From contig JBFMEZ010000013.1 of NCBI GenBank assembly GCA_040753215.1, forward strand, positions 18,911 to 82,910: DNA of 64,000 nucleotides, given 5' to 3'. The stretch is from Candidatus Micrarchaeota archaeon. GTDB lineage: Archaea > Micrarchaeota > Micrarchaeia > Anstonellales > Bilamarchaeaceae. The position numbers and the translations under genes were made by a program. Positions within the stretch are counted from its first letter, which is position 1, and the number at the start of each line of letters is the position of its first letter. Shown here in pieces: positions 57,396 to 64,000 of this stretch. Under the pieces are notes generated by a model. That model searched no databases. It was not told the origin of the DNA and was given only the letters and a program-made list of their open reading frames with translations.

Positions 57396-57875
57396 ATGGC
57401 AGTGCTGCAAAAGATACACACATCCGGAAGGATGATGTACGCAAAGGCAGTCCTCATAGCCCTCATCGCGGCATTCGCGTGGGCGCAGATAGAGAAATTC
57501 CTCAGGCTGAATTACGCTGTCGTGTACCCGGCAATCGCCGCCTTCGCAATACTTATAATTATTGTCGCGTTCGTGCGCTCCAGGCTCCAGTCCCTGGAGA
57601 TAACCGACGAGGGGGTGACCTCCCGCCTCGGCATCATAAACGTGAAGACGCAGTTCATCCCGTACAGCAAGATTGATTCGGTCAATGTGTCCCGCACGGT
57701 TTTCGACCGCATATTCATGCTCGGCACCCTCCGCATAGACACGCTCGCCAGCATAGGGACCGAAACCGTGATGAGCGGCATCCCCTCCAGAAACCTGGAG
57801 GAGGCGCTGAAGGCGATACAGTCAAGGATACACCCGGGTGGCCGCAGTGAAGGAGTCCCTCCTTATAGAAGATGA
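57396..57875 (+). CDS. bPH_2 (bacterial PH) domain membrane protein
   Basis: Two TMs then LEITDEGV....GII......IPYSKID.VNVSR..FDRIF.LGTL.I.T. Confidence 0.88.
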   Translation: MAVLQKIHTSGRMMYAKAVLIALIAAFAWAQIEKFLRLNYAVVYPAIAAFAILIIIVAFVRSRLQSLEITDEGVTSRLGIINVKTQFIPYSKIDSVNVSRTVFDRIFMLGTLRIDTLASIGTETVMSGIPSRNLEEALKAIQSRIHPGGRSEGVPPYRR

Positions 57876-58302
57876 AAAAAAAGCGCGCCGCCTCATCCTC
57901 CTCGGAGCGATGGAGGAAGATGGAAAGGTCCGCCTCCCTTATCTGGAGGCCGCATATTTCGCGGAGAAAGGGGAGATAGAGGGAGGTGCAGAGGAATTCA
58001 TCACCCTTGCGCAGAAATCCGACCCGCTCGCCCCGGAAAAATATTTAGTTCTAAAGCAGCTCCGCGATTCCGGCTACATTGTGCGCACAGGCGAATCAGC
58101 GGATTTCCTCCGCGTATATAAAAAAGGGATAAGGGTGGGCGAGGACCGCACTGCCTACCTCCTCCGCGTATTGAGAAAGGGCGAATCCCCGGACCTGCAC
58201 GCGGATTTGAGGCTCGCCGGAAAGATGCGCAAGGAACTAGTTTATGCTTTTGTGGGAGAAAAAATAGAGTTCATAAAAGTCATGCGTGTGAATTTCGAGT
58301 AA
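57838..58302 (+). CDS. single-unit tRNA-splicing-endonuclease-like protein lacking the catalytic motifs (beta/structural-type)
   Basis: L.YLEAAYF.EKG, YLV.K.LRD.GY.VR, DF.RVY, YAFV; lacks G.KFG and the His/Lys motifs. Confidence 0.75.
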   Translation: MAAVKESLLIEDEKKARRLILLGAMEEDGKVRLPYLEAAYFAEKGEIEGGAEEFITLAQKSDPLAPEKYLVLKQLRDSGYIVRTGESADFLRVYKKGIRVGEDRTAYLLRVLRKGESPDLHADLRLAGKMRKELVYAFVGEKIEFIKVMRVNFE

Positions 58303-58343
58303 TTCCCAATGCTTTCTATATAAAAACATTTCTGGACAAAATA

Positions 58344-59801
58344 TTGCATATGCGGAAGCTCCAGAGGAACGATATTCCTGCCGGACAAGCGGATGCTAGA
58401 CCTGTCTCACCAGGGCCCGGAAGGGAATGGCCGAGATGGAAGAAGATTGCCGTGGTTGCTGTTTCTGTTGTGCCGCTTATGGCCAGTTCCTGCAAAAAAA
58501 TTATGGAAGCACTTGAAAATCGACAAAATGCCGAACCCACACCAATATCCGGGTCTATAGGAAATTGTTTTAACTATCCTACAGCAGCCCCAGAATCAAG
58601 ATACCGCATAATTACGAAGCTGGACGACTTCTTGATTGGTACAGACCGCGCAGCCCGCTTTCAGGCTGCGAACTGCCTCGTAGATATTTCTGAGGGAGGC
58701 CGGTTAAGAGACAACGTTGTTGAGGCGTTGCAGGAATTCTATGCGGCCATGGAGCCTGCATCAAGAAGCGGACTGGTCGATGCGCTTGAGAAATCCGGCG
58801 ATCTCCTTCGCCTGGCCATCATAGCTGGCAGCAATGGAACAGAACCCCAACTGAGGGACCGGATAGTTGGCATATTTGAAACCAAGCTGCACGAAGGTGT
58901 GAAGCTAGCCCCGACTATACTAGAACTACTCAGCCGAATTGCGATGAGCGGACAGGCAGAGCCGCAATTAAGGGGAAGGATAGTAAACATGTTGAGGAAT
59001 ATCTTGGAAAACAGCGACCCTCCCGCCCAAAGAGAGCTTGTCACCATGCTTACTGAAATTGCCAAGTACGATTATACCGAATCCCAGGTAAAAGATGGCA
59101 TAATTGATACATTAAAAAAGGCAAATGCATTCTCAGAGCTTGCGGTCATCGCAATCGATGAGGGAGCACTGCGGCTGCGGGAAATAGCCGGCTGGCTTGC
59201 GGGCAGGGCAGGCGAATCCTGTGCCGAAGGCGTGACTTTTTGTGAGCGGGCTATTTCAGCGCTTGTTTTTATTGCTACACACGAGGAGACGCCGCCGCAA
59301 TTGAAAGAAAGCATTCTTACCACTCTTAGGAGAAACAGGGCGTTCTCCAGCCTTGCCGATGTTGCCACAGATAAGAATACCGAACCCTATCTGAGAAGGG
59401 AAATACTGAAAATGTTTGGCGAAGCTTTGGACGATAAGAATGAAGGCGTGCCCCAGGCTGCCATAGATGCTGCGGCAGGCCTGCCTGTGTCCCAGAGGCT
59501 GGTTGATGTTCTGGAGGCGGCTTCTGCCCATCGGTTGAAGGATGTTCGCCTGAAAGCGATGAAAATCCTTTATCTTTTTGCGTGCGACGATGAAATAAGC
59601 CTGCAGATGAGAACAAGGATAGTTGGCATCGCAACAAGGGCTTTGAGGGATGCAGACAGGGACATCCGGGAAAAGGCCCTGGAAGTGCTCGAAGGAAGTC
59701 TATCCGCTGATGACCTGGATACCTCATTAAGAGAAAGGATACTGGGAATTCTGGAGAGCGAGAGCCAGGTTTCCCGCCGGGTTATTGGCAGAAACTGGTG
59801 A
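58344..59801 (+). CDS. HEAT-repeat putative lipoprotein
   Basis: KKIAVVAVSVVPLMASS-C signal and lipobox; repeated EPQLR.RIV, LKDVRLKA, DRDIREKAL. Confidence 0.75.
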   Translation: MHMRKLQRNDIPAGQADARPVSPGPGREWPRWKKIAVVAVSVVPLMASSCKKIMEALENRQNAEPTPISGSIGNCFNYPTAAPESRYRIITKLDDFLIGTDRAARFQAANCLVDISEGGRLRDNVVEALQEFYAAMEPASRSGLVDALEKSGDLLRLAIIAGSNGTEPQLRDRIVGIFETKLHEGVKLAPTILELLSRIAMSGQAEPQLRGRIVNMLRNILENSDPPAQRELVTMLTEIAKYDYTESQVKDGIIDTLKKANAFSELAVIAIDEGALRLREIAGWLAGRAGESCAEGVTFCERAISALVFIATHEETPPQLKESILTTLRRNRAFSSLADVATDKNTEPYLRREILKMFGEALDDKNEGVPQAAIDAAAGLPVSQRLVDVLEAASAHRLKDVRLKAMKILYLFACDDEISLQMRTRIVGIATRALRDADRDIREKALEVLEGSLSADDLDTSLRERILGILESESQVSRRVIGRNW

Positions 59802-59808
59802 TTCCGGG

Positions 59809-60189
59809 TTATAGCCTGTTTTCAGTATATTCATTGTATATCTTCTCCACCGCCCTCGCGTCTATTTTCTTCCCGGAGCACACATGCGGCACCAGCCCCC
59901 CGGAAAATCTTTTCGGAATGTGCAGCAACTCATGAATAAGCACCTTCTTCTTCCTCTCTTCCGGAAGCGGGTCGAAGTTCTCGCTCAGCACTTCTATCAC
60001 ATAAAAAGGGTTTATCTCCAGCGCCTCCCTCCATATCGCGGGCAGGCTCCAAATCCTCGCATAAGCATTCGCCCTCGCCCCGAAGCTCCTCATGCATATT
60101 ATGCGCGGGGAAATAACGTGCCTCAAACTTGTGCGCGCCAGTATCTCATCCAGCATCACCTGCACATCCGGCGCCTTCTCGCTTTTCAT
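59809..60189 (-). CDS. putative metallopeptidase (phage-metallopeptidase-like)
   Basis: RIIC.RS.G..A.AYARIW.LP, YVIEVLSE.F, LIHELLHIP HExxH. Confidence 0.85.
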   Translation of the reverse strand: MKSEKAPDVQVMLDEILARTSLRHVISPRIICMRSFGARANAYARIWSLPAIWREALEINPFYVIEVLSENFDPLPEERKKKVLIHELLHIPKRFSGGLVPHVCSGKKIDARAVEKIYNEYTENRL

Positions 60190-60287
60190 GCCTGCCCTTC
60201 GCAAAAAGAATTTATAATGCATGCAAGCAGGCCCGGCGCCCGAAGCATTTAAAAGTTATGCATACAAAGCATACTTGTGTGATAAGT

Positions 60288-60536
60288 ATGACAAGTGAGA
60301 TAAATGTGACTTTTCGTAATGTCGATAGGGATGTTCTGCAGGATTTCAGGGCAGAGGCGGTAAGGGAAAACAGAACATTCGGGCAGGCGCTGGCCGAAGC
60401 CCTTCTTCTATGGCTGCAGCACAGAAGGATGGCCCGCAAAAAGAAAATGAAGCTCTCTGCTTCGAAACCTCTCGACTTCGGCCCCGGCACGGAGCGGCTG
60501 AGCGAAAGGGCAGACGAGATTCTTTACGGCCGGTGA
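60288..60536 (+). CDS. vapB: VapB-like antitoxin (RHH-type)
   Basis: VTFRNVD......FRA.A......GQAL.EAL; DFG.GTE.LSE..DEILYG; overlaps the PIN gene. Confidence 0.8.
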   Translation: MTSEINVTFRNVDRDVLQDFRAEAVRENRTFGQALAEALLLWLQHRRMARKKKMKLSASKPLDFGPGTERLSERADEILYGR

Positions 60537-60934
60537 TTGGCATCTCCGTGCTCCTGGACACCTCTTTTCTGGTTGCCTATTATGACAAAAGGGACCAGAA
60601 CCATCCAGCTGCAGTCCGGCTGGTCGGAGAGCTCGAAACAGGGAAGTTTGGCAGGCTCATAATTTCAGAGTATGTTTTTGACGAACTGATGACAATCCTG
60701 AAAAAATTTGTGGGAAAAGCAAAGGCTGCTGAAAAGGGCAGGGACATCCTGAACTCGCTTGATTTCCTCCAGGCGGATTCCAAAGTGTTCCAGCTTGGCT
60801 GGGAGCTTTTCAAAAAATCCGAGGGATTGAGTTTCACCGACTGCTATCTGGTCGCTGCGATGAAACACTACAACATTGAGTATCTGGCTACCTTTGATTC
60901 CGGATTTCATGGCATTGTGAAGGTTTTGCGGTAG
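60533..60934 (+). CDS. vapC: VapC PIN-domain toxin
   Basis: LLDTSFLVA, D.NH, V.DE..T, LSFTDC, ATFD.GF. Confidence 0.92.
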   Translation: MIGISVLLDTSFLVAYYDKRDQNHPAAVRLVGELETGKFGRLIISEYVFDELMTILKKFVGKAKAAEKGRDILNSLDFLQADSKVFQLGWELFKKSEGLSFTDCYLVAAMKHYNIEYLATFDSGFHGIVKVLR

Positions 60935-61013
60935 AATCGCACCACAATTCCGGATCCGCTTTTTATGCATCTCTTGCGAAAAGCCTTTATAATATCTCCG
61001 AAGAAATGCCTCC

Positions 61014-62159
61014 GTGAAACTCGTCTTTGATGGAAAAGAAATATATGCAGAAGACGCGGAGAACGTAAGCTCCCTGGCAAAAGGGTTCTTCGGGAAGATA
61101 AAAGGAGGAAAGGTTTTCCTCTCCCCGGGGGAGGCCCTTTACCTTATGGACAACCGCAACGCGGAGTGCGCAAGCCCGGGCGGAAGACCCATCCGATTCA
61201 ATTCCCTTGCCTCCTCCTTTTCCAAATCGCCCAAGCTCCTCGCCCGCTACCTGGTTTTGAAGGACTGGAGGGAGCGCGGCCTCATCGCCCGCGATGCAAA
61301 GGAAATACTGGGAAAATTCAGCCGCTCCGCAGCGGTAAGCTATCCGAGCTCGCCCTTCCCTCTTCCCCCCGTCTCACTCAGCGGCGTCTTCTTCCCTGAG
61401 GATATGCTCACAACAATAGATTCCCCCGAAGGGAAAAAACTCTATGAGGAAGGATGGTTCGGCCAGTTCGGCACATACAAGGCGGCTCACAAGGGAAAAA
61501 TCACAAAGCTGGACGCATTCGAAACCCTTTATCTCCTAAAGAAAGGCATCCTCGCAGTCCCGGATTCCAGTTTCAAGAAAATACTCTCCCATGCTGAAAG
61601 GCGAATCCATTTCTTCCAGGAGATGTATGAAGTATATGAAGACTGGAGGGAGAAGGGCTTCGTGGTAAAGACCGGGTTCAAGTTCGGCTCCCATTTCCGC
61701 ATATATTTCCCAGGCGCCTCGCCGGTGAAGGGCGGGGAATGGGCCCACTCAAAGCACGTCCTCCATGTATTTCCGAGGAAGAGCAAGCTCCTCATCTCCG
61801 AGTGGTCCCGCGCAATACGCCTCGCCCATTCCGTGAAGAAGACGTTCATACTCGCGGTTCCCGGAAAGAAAGCAAAGCCCATCCGGATCTGCGACTTCGC
61901 CCTCTACCACAGGAAGGGCGCGGAATGCGAAACCCCCAAATCCGGAGAGCCGTCCTTCCTCGCCCTCGCCCTCACCGAGGACGAATACCTGGGGGGGATA
62001 GAGTTCGCCCAGGCCCTGGAGGAGTGCGCGGAGCGCGGCCTCGAGCTGGTAATCGCAATCGCGGACCGCGAAACCTCCGTAACGTATTACTTAATAAAGA
62101 AAGTAAATCTTCCCGGAAGCAGATTCGACTATTTCGAAATCCGGTGGCTCAACCCCTAG
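61014..62159 (+). CDS. endA: tRNA-intron endonuclease, three-unit epsilon-like architecture
   Basis: 381 aa; non-catalytic unit (LSPGEALYL, YLV.KDWRERG), catalytic unit (VKTGFKFGSHFRIY, HSKH, AHSVKK), terminal beta-like unit (IAIADRETSVTYY). Confidence 0.92.
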   Translation: MKLVFDGKEIYAEDAENVSSLAKGFFGKIKGGKVFLSPGEALYLMDNRNAECASPGGRPIRFNSLASSFSKSPKLLARYLVLKDWRERGLIARDAKEILGKFSRSAAVSYPSSPFPLPPVSLSGVFFPEDMLTTIDSPEGKKLYEEGWFGQFGTYKAAHKGKITKLDAFETLYLLKKGILAVPDSSFKKILSHAERRIHFFQEMYEVYEDWREKGFVVKTGFKFGSHFRIYFPGASPVKGGEWAHSKHVLHVFPRKSKLLISEWSRAIRLAHSVKKTFILAVPGKKAKPIRICDFALYHRKGAECETPKSGEPSFLALALTEDEYLGGIEFAQALEECAERGLELVIAIADRETSVTYYLIKKVNLPGSRFDYFEIRWLNP

Positions 62160-62202
62160 CTTTTTAAATCTTTTAACCATATAGAAGCACGCAGGTGTTC
62201 AA

Positions 62203-62466
62203 ATGGCAAAGTACAGCTTGGCGAGGCAGCTTACTGGAAAGAAAGTAATCACGAATGAAGGCGAGGAATTCGGCAAGCTCGTTGATGTAAACATAAACGA
62301 GATTACCGGGAAGATCGAGGAGCTCGTCGTGGACCCGAGCCCGGACAAGGCGAACCTCGAGGGCCTCAAGGATGAGGAGGGCTTCATACTCTGCCCCTAC
62401 GATTCCGTCCTCGCGGTGGGCGACTTCATCATCGTCGAGAAGAGGTCTCTCGGCGGCCAATCCTGA
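62203..62466 (+). CDS. PRC-barrel domain protein
   Basis: L.GKKVIT.EG...GKL.D..INE.TG.I..L.V, PY..V.AVGD.IIV. Confidence 0.92.
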   Translation: MAKYSLARQLTGKKVITNEGEEFGKLVDVNINEITGKIEELVVDPSPDKANLEGLKDEEGFILCPYDSVLAVGDFIIVEKRSLGGQS

Positions 62467-62542
62467 GTTTTTTATTCATCTCCGCTTCTCCCCGCTGATT
62501 TTCCATTCCCGGCGCAAGCAGCAGTCAGTTTTCAGTATCCGG

Positions 62543-62596
62543 TCAAACCAAACCCCCGCTTTCGCGCCTCATTTTGGCTCTGGAGGTTTGGTTTGA
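62543..62596. repeat. palindromic element, subfamily B copy 1 (supplies the stop codon of the HD gene)
   Basis: TCAAACCAAACC...GGTTTGGTTTGA perfect 12-bp IR, then GTTCCCGGTTTCCGGAAAC. Confidence 0.85.
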
Positions 62597-63120
62597 GTTC
62601 CCGGTTTCCGGAAACTTGGCCTGCGCACCCGGCATCTATCTAAAAATTCCCTGGAAATTTTTATTCTTGGATTTCCAACCCGTTTCCCTTCTTTTGTGTA
62701 GAATTTGGCTTTGTTTATGTTTCGGAGCATTATCCTGAGTGTCTCTTCAGTCGTCTGTTTTCTTTCCTTCCCTGCCTGCAATGCCTTCCGGATTCCGAAT
62801 TTCCCGACCGCCTCAAGGAGATTCGCATCGCTCACCAGTTTTTCTTCTACCGATTCCGGCTTTGTGGTATGGCGATACAATGCCCGTAGATAGGATTTGG
62901 GGAATCCCATGCGCAGGATTTGCTGTTTATGTTTCTGCACGTAACCCTTCAGCCCATGGAAATAAATCAGAAACCATAGCTTGCCATCATCGATTCTGGA
63001 GTAGCCTTTCCTCAGCCTTGCGACCTTTGCCCTTATCCGTAGGATATGGCTGAAATTATGCATGCTGTCCTTTTTCCTGTAAAGCGGCTCTACGAACCTT
63101 ATGATTTCCTTTGTCCGCAT
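62569..63120 (-). CDS. HD-domain-like protein
   Basis: HNFSHILR, YFHGL, DANLLEAVG.FGI.K. Confidence 0.75.
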   Translation of the reverse strand: MRTKEIIRFVEPLYRKKDSMHNFSHILRIRAKVARLRKGYSRIDDGKLWFLIYFHGLKGYVQKHKQQILRMGFPKSYLRALYRHTTKPESVEEKLVSDANLLEAVGKFGIRKALQAGKERKQTTEETLRIMLRNINKAKFYTKEGKRVGNPRIKISREFLDRCRVRRPSFRKPGTQTKPPEPK

Positions 63121-63121
63121 G

Positions 63122-63478
63122 CTATTTGCCTTCCGCCTTTTCAAGCTCAGAAAGCATTTTGCTTATCTGTGGCTTTACCCTGAGTATTTCTTCGGTGGCA
63201 ACCTTCCAGACAATCTGCTCGTCAATCCCGAAATACTCGTGGATGAGCTTATCGCGCATCCCCGCCATCTTCTTCCATGGAACATCCGGGTATTGCTTCT
63301 GCAAGGATGCGGGAACTTTCTTTGACGCTTCGCCTATTATCTCAAGGCTGCGCACGACAGCATTTATTGTTTTCCTGTCGTCCATGAAACCAGCCAGGGA
63401 TAAGCGAGAAGTGAAGTTTTCTATGTCCTTTATCGACTCAAGAATGTCCTGCAGGTAATCCAGGTATTCCCTCTTCAT
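63122..63478 (-). CDS. hepT: HEPN (DUF86) RNase toxin
   Basis: AVVRSLEIIGEA, PW..M.GMRDKLIHEYFG Rx4-6H motif. Confidence 0.93.
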   Translation of the reverse strand: MKREYLDYLQDILESIKDIENFTSRLSLAGFMDDRKTINAVVRSLEIIGEASKKVPASLQKQYPDVPWKKMAGMRDKLIHEYFGIDEQIVWKVATEEILRVKPQISKMLSELEKAEGK

Positions 63479-63768
63479 ATGTAAACCGCCTCCTGCAGTA
63501 TGTGGCGGCCTATGCGGGGCTTCAGCGCCCTCTTTGAAACGAGGTCCACTTCAACTCCGACCAGCTTCTCGAGGTATTCCTCAAGGTCCATGAAATGAAA
63601 AAGCCCAACCGGCTCGCGGAATTCCACCAGCACGTCCAGGTCGCTCTTTTTCTTCTGCTTCCCCCGGACATAGGACCCGAATAGCCCAAGGGACTTGACC
63701 TTGAAGCGGTCCTGCATCTCTTTCTTGTGGCCGGAGAGTATCCGCACAAACTCTTCGAGTTTTTTCAA
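63475..63768 (-). CDS. mntA: minimal nucleotidyltransferase (MNT) antitoxin
   Basis: LFGSYVRG.Q...SDLDVLVEF, VDLV...ALKP; TTG start with GGTGA upstream. Confidence 0.93.
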   Translation of the reverse strand: MKKLEEFVRILSGHKKEMQDRFKVKSLGLFGSYVRGKQKKKSDLDVLVEFREPVGLFHFMDLEEYLEKLVGVEVDLVSKRALKPRIGRHILQEAVYI

Positions 63769-63816
63769 TTCCTTCACCAGTAGGAGTATCCGGCTGCTTA
63801 TGTGAACTACCACCGG

Positions 63817-63999
63817 TCAAAGACCGGTGGCTTCCTGCTTCGTAGAAGATACTTGCCCATTATGTTTATAATAGGTAGAGGCCTCCTCTTGACAGGCATA
63901 ACTAAACCGAACCTCCGCTCTTTCCGTCCCACTTCTGCTCTGGAGGTTCGGTTTACTTCCCGCAGTTCCTGCGGTAGCTCTTCTCAGCATATTTATCGC
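63817..63999 (-). CDS. tnpB: C-terminus of a second TnpB (partial)
   Basis: AINMLRRATAGTAGS[KPNLQSRSGTERAEVRFS]YACQEEASTYYKHNGQVSSTKQEATGL*. Confidence 0.88.
   Translation of the reverse strand, partial: AINMLRRATAGTAGSKPNLQSRSGTERAEVRFSYACQEEASTYYKHNGQVSSTKQEATGL
63903..63955. repeat. palindromic element, subfamily B copy 2 (in-frame insertion in tnpB)
   Basis: TAAACCGAACCTCC...GGAGGTTCGGTTTA perfect 14-bp IR; absent from tnpB copy 1. Confidence 0.9.
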
Positions 64000-64000
64000 C

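Larger units (their letters stand above)
63802..64000 (-). mobile_element. right end of a second tnpB IS200/IS605 element (continues beyond the window)
   Basis: Near-identical to 43272-43395 including the CCACCGGTCAAAGACCGGTGG hairpin and GGTAGTTCAC end. Confidence 0.92.

Noticed and set aside
60255-60280. GCATAC direct repeat upstream of vapB as a novel element
   Set aside because: Most simply an ordinary TA autoregulatory site; too short to support more.

Overview
Archaeal chromosome segment, most likely DPANN/Micrarchaeota. The taxon is inferred from a three-unit epsilon-type tRNA splicing endonuclease, an unlinked 5S rRNA, intron-containing tRNAs and DPANN-style Cys-rich surface proteins. 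The backbone carries housekeeping genes: DRG and YchF-type GTPases, pyrG/pyrE/pyrF, Pus10, the HMG-CoA synthase/thiolase/DUF35 trio, GGGP synthase, deoxyhypusine synthase, PriL/PriS, D-aminoacyl-tRNA deacylase, RNase HI and EndA. There are three intron-containing tRNAs: Gln-CTG with a non-canonical intron, Cys-GCA, and the rare Ile-TAT. An accessory island of about 11.8 kb follows tRNA-Ile. It holds a four-helix-bundle gene, a structured non-coding region, two regulator-plus-enzyme modules, an AlbA_2 ATPase and an integrase remnant. Other accessory content: two tnpB (IS200/IS605) elements, three toxin-antitoxin pairs, a divergent long RelA/SpoT-like protein and a tandem array of SNAP/TPR-like helical proteins. 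The most striking unexplained pattern is a dispersed repeat system. It consists of 53-57 bp palindromes with (TC)AAACC...GGTTT(GA) ends, mostly embedded in degenerate 7-bp GTTTCC(A/G) tracts. They occur between genes and also in frame inside coding sequences, and one copy is seen as a presence/absence difference between the two tnpB copies. All family assignments come from motif recognition by eye; no database search was run. Several starts were moved from the supplied ORF track.
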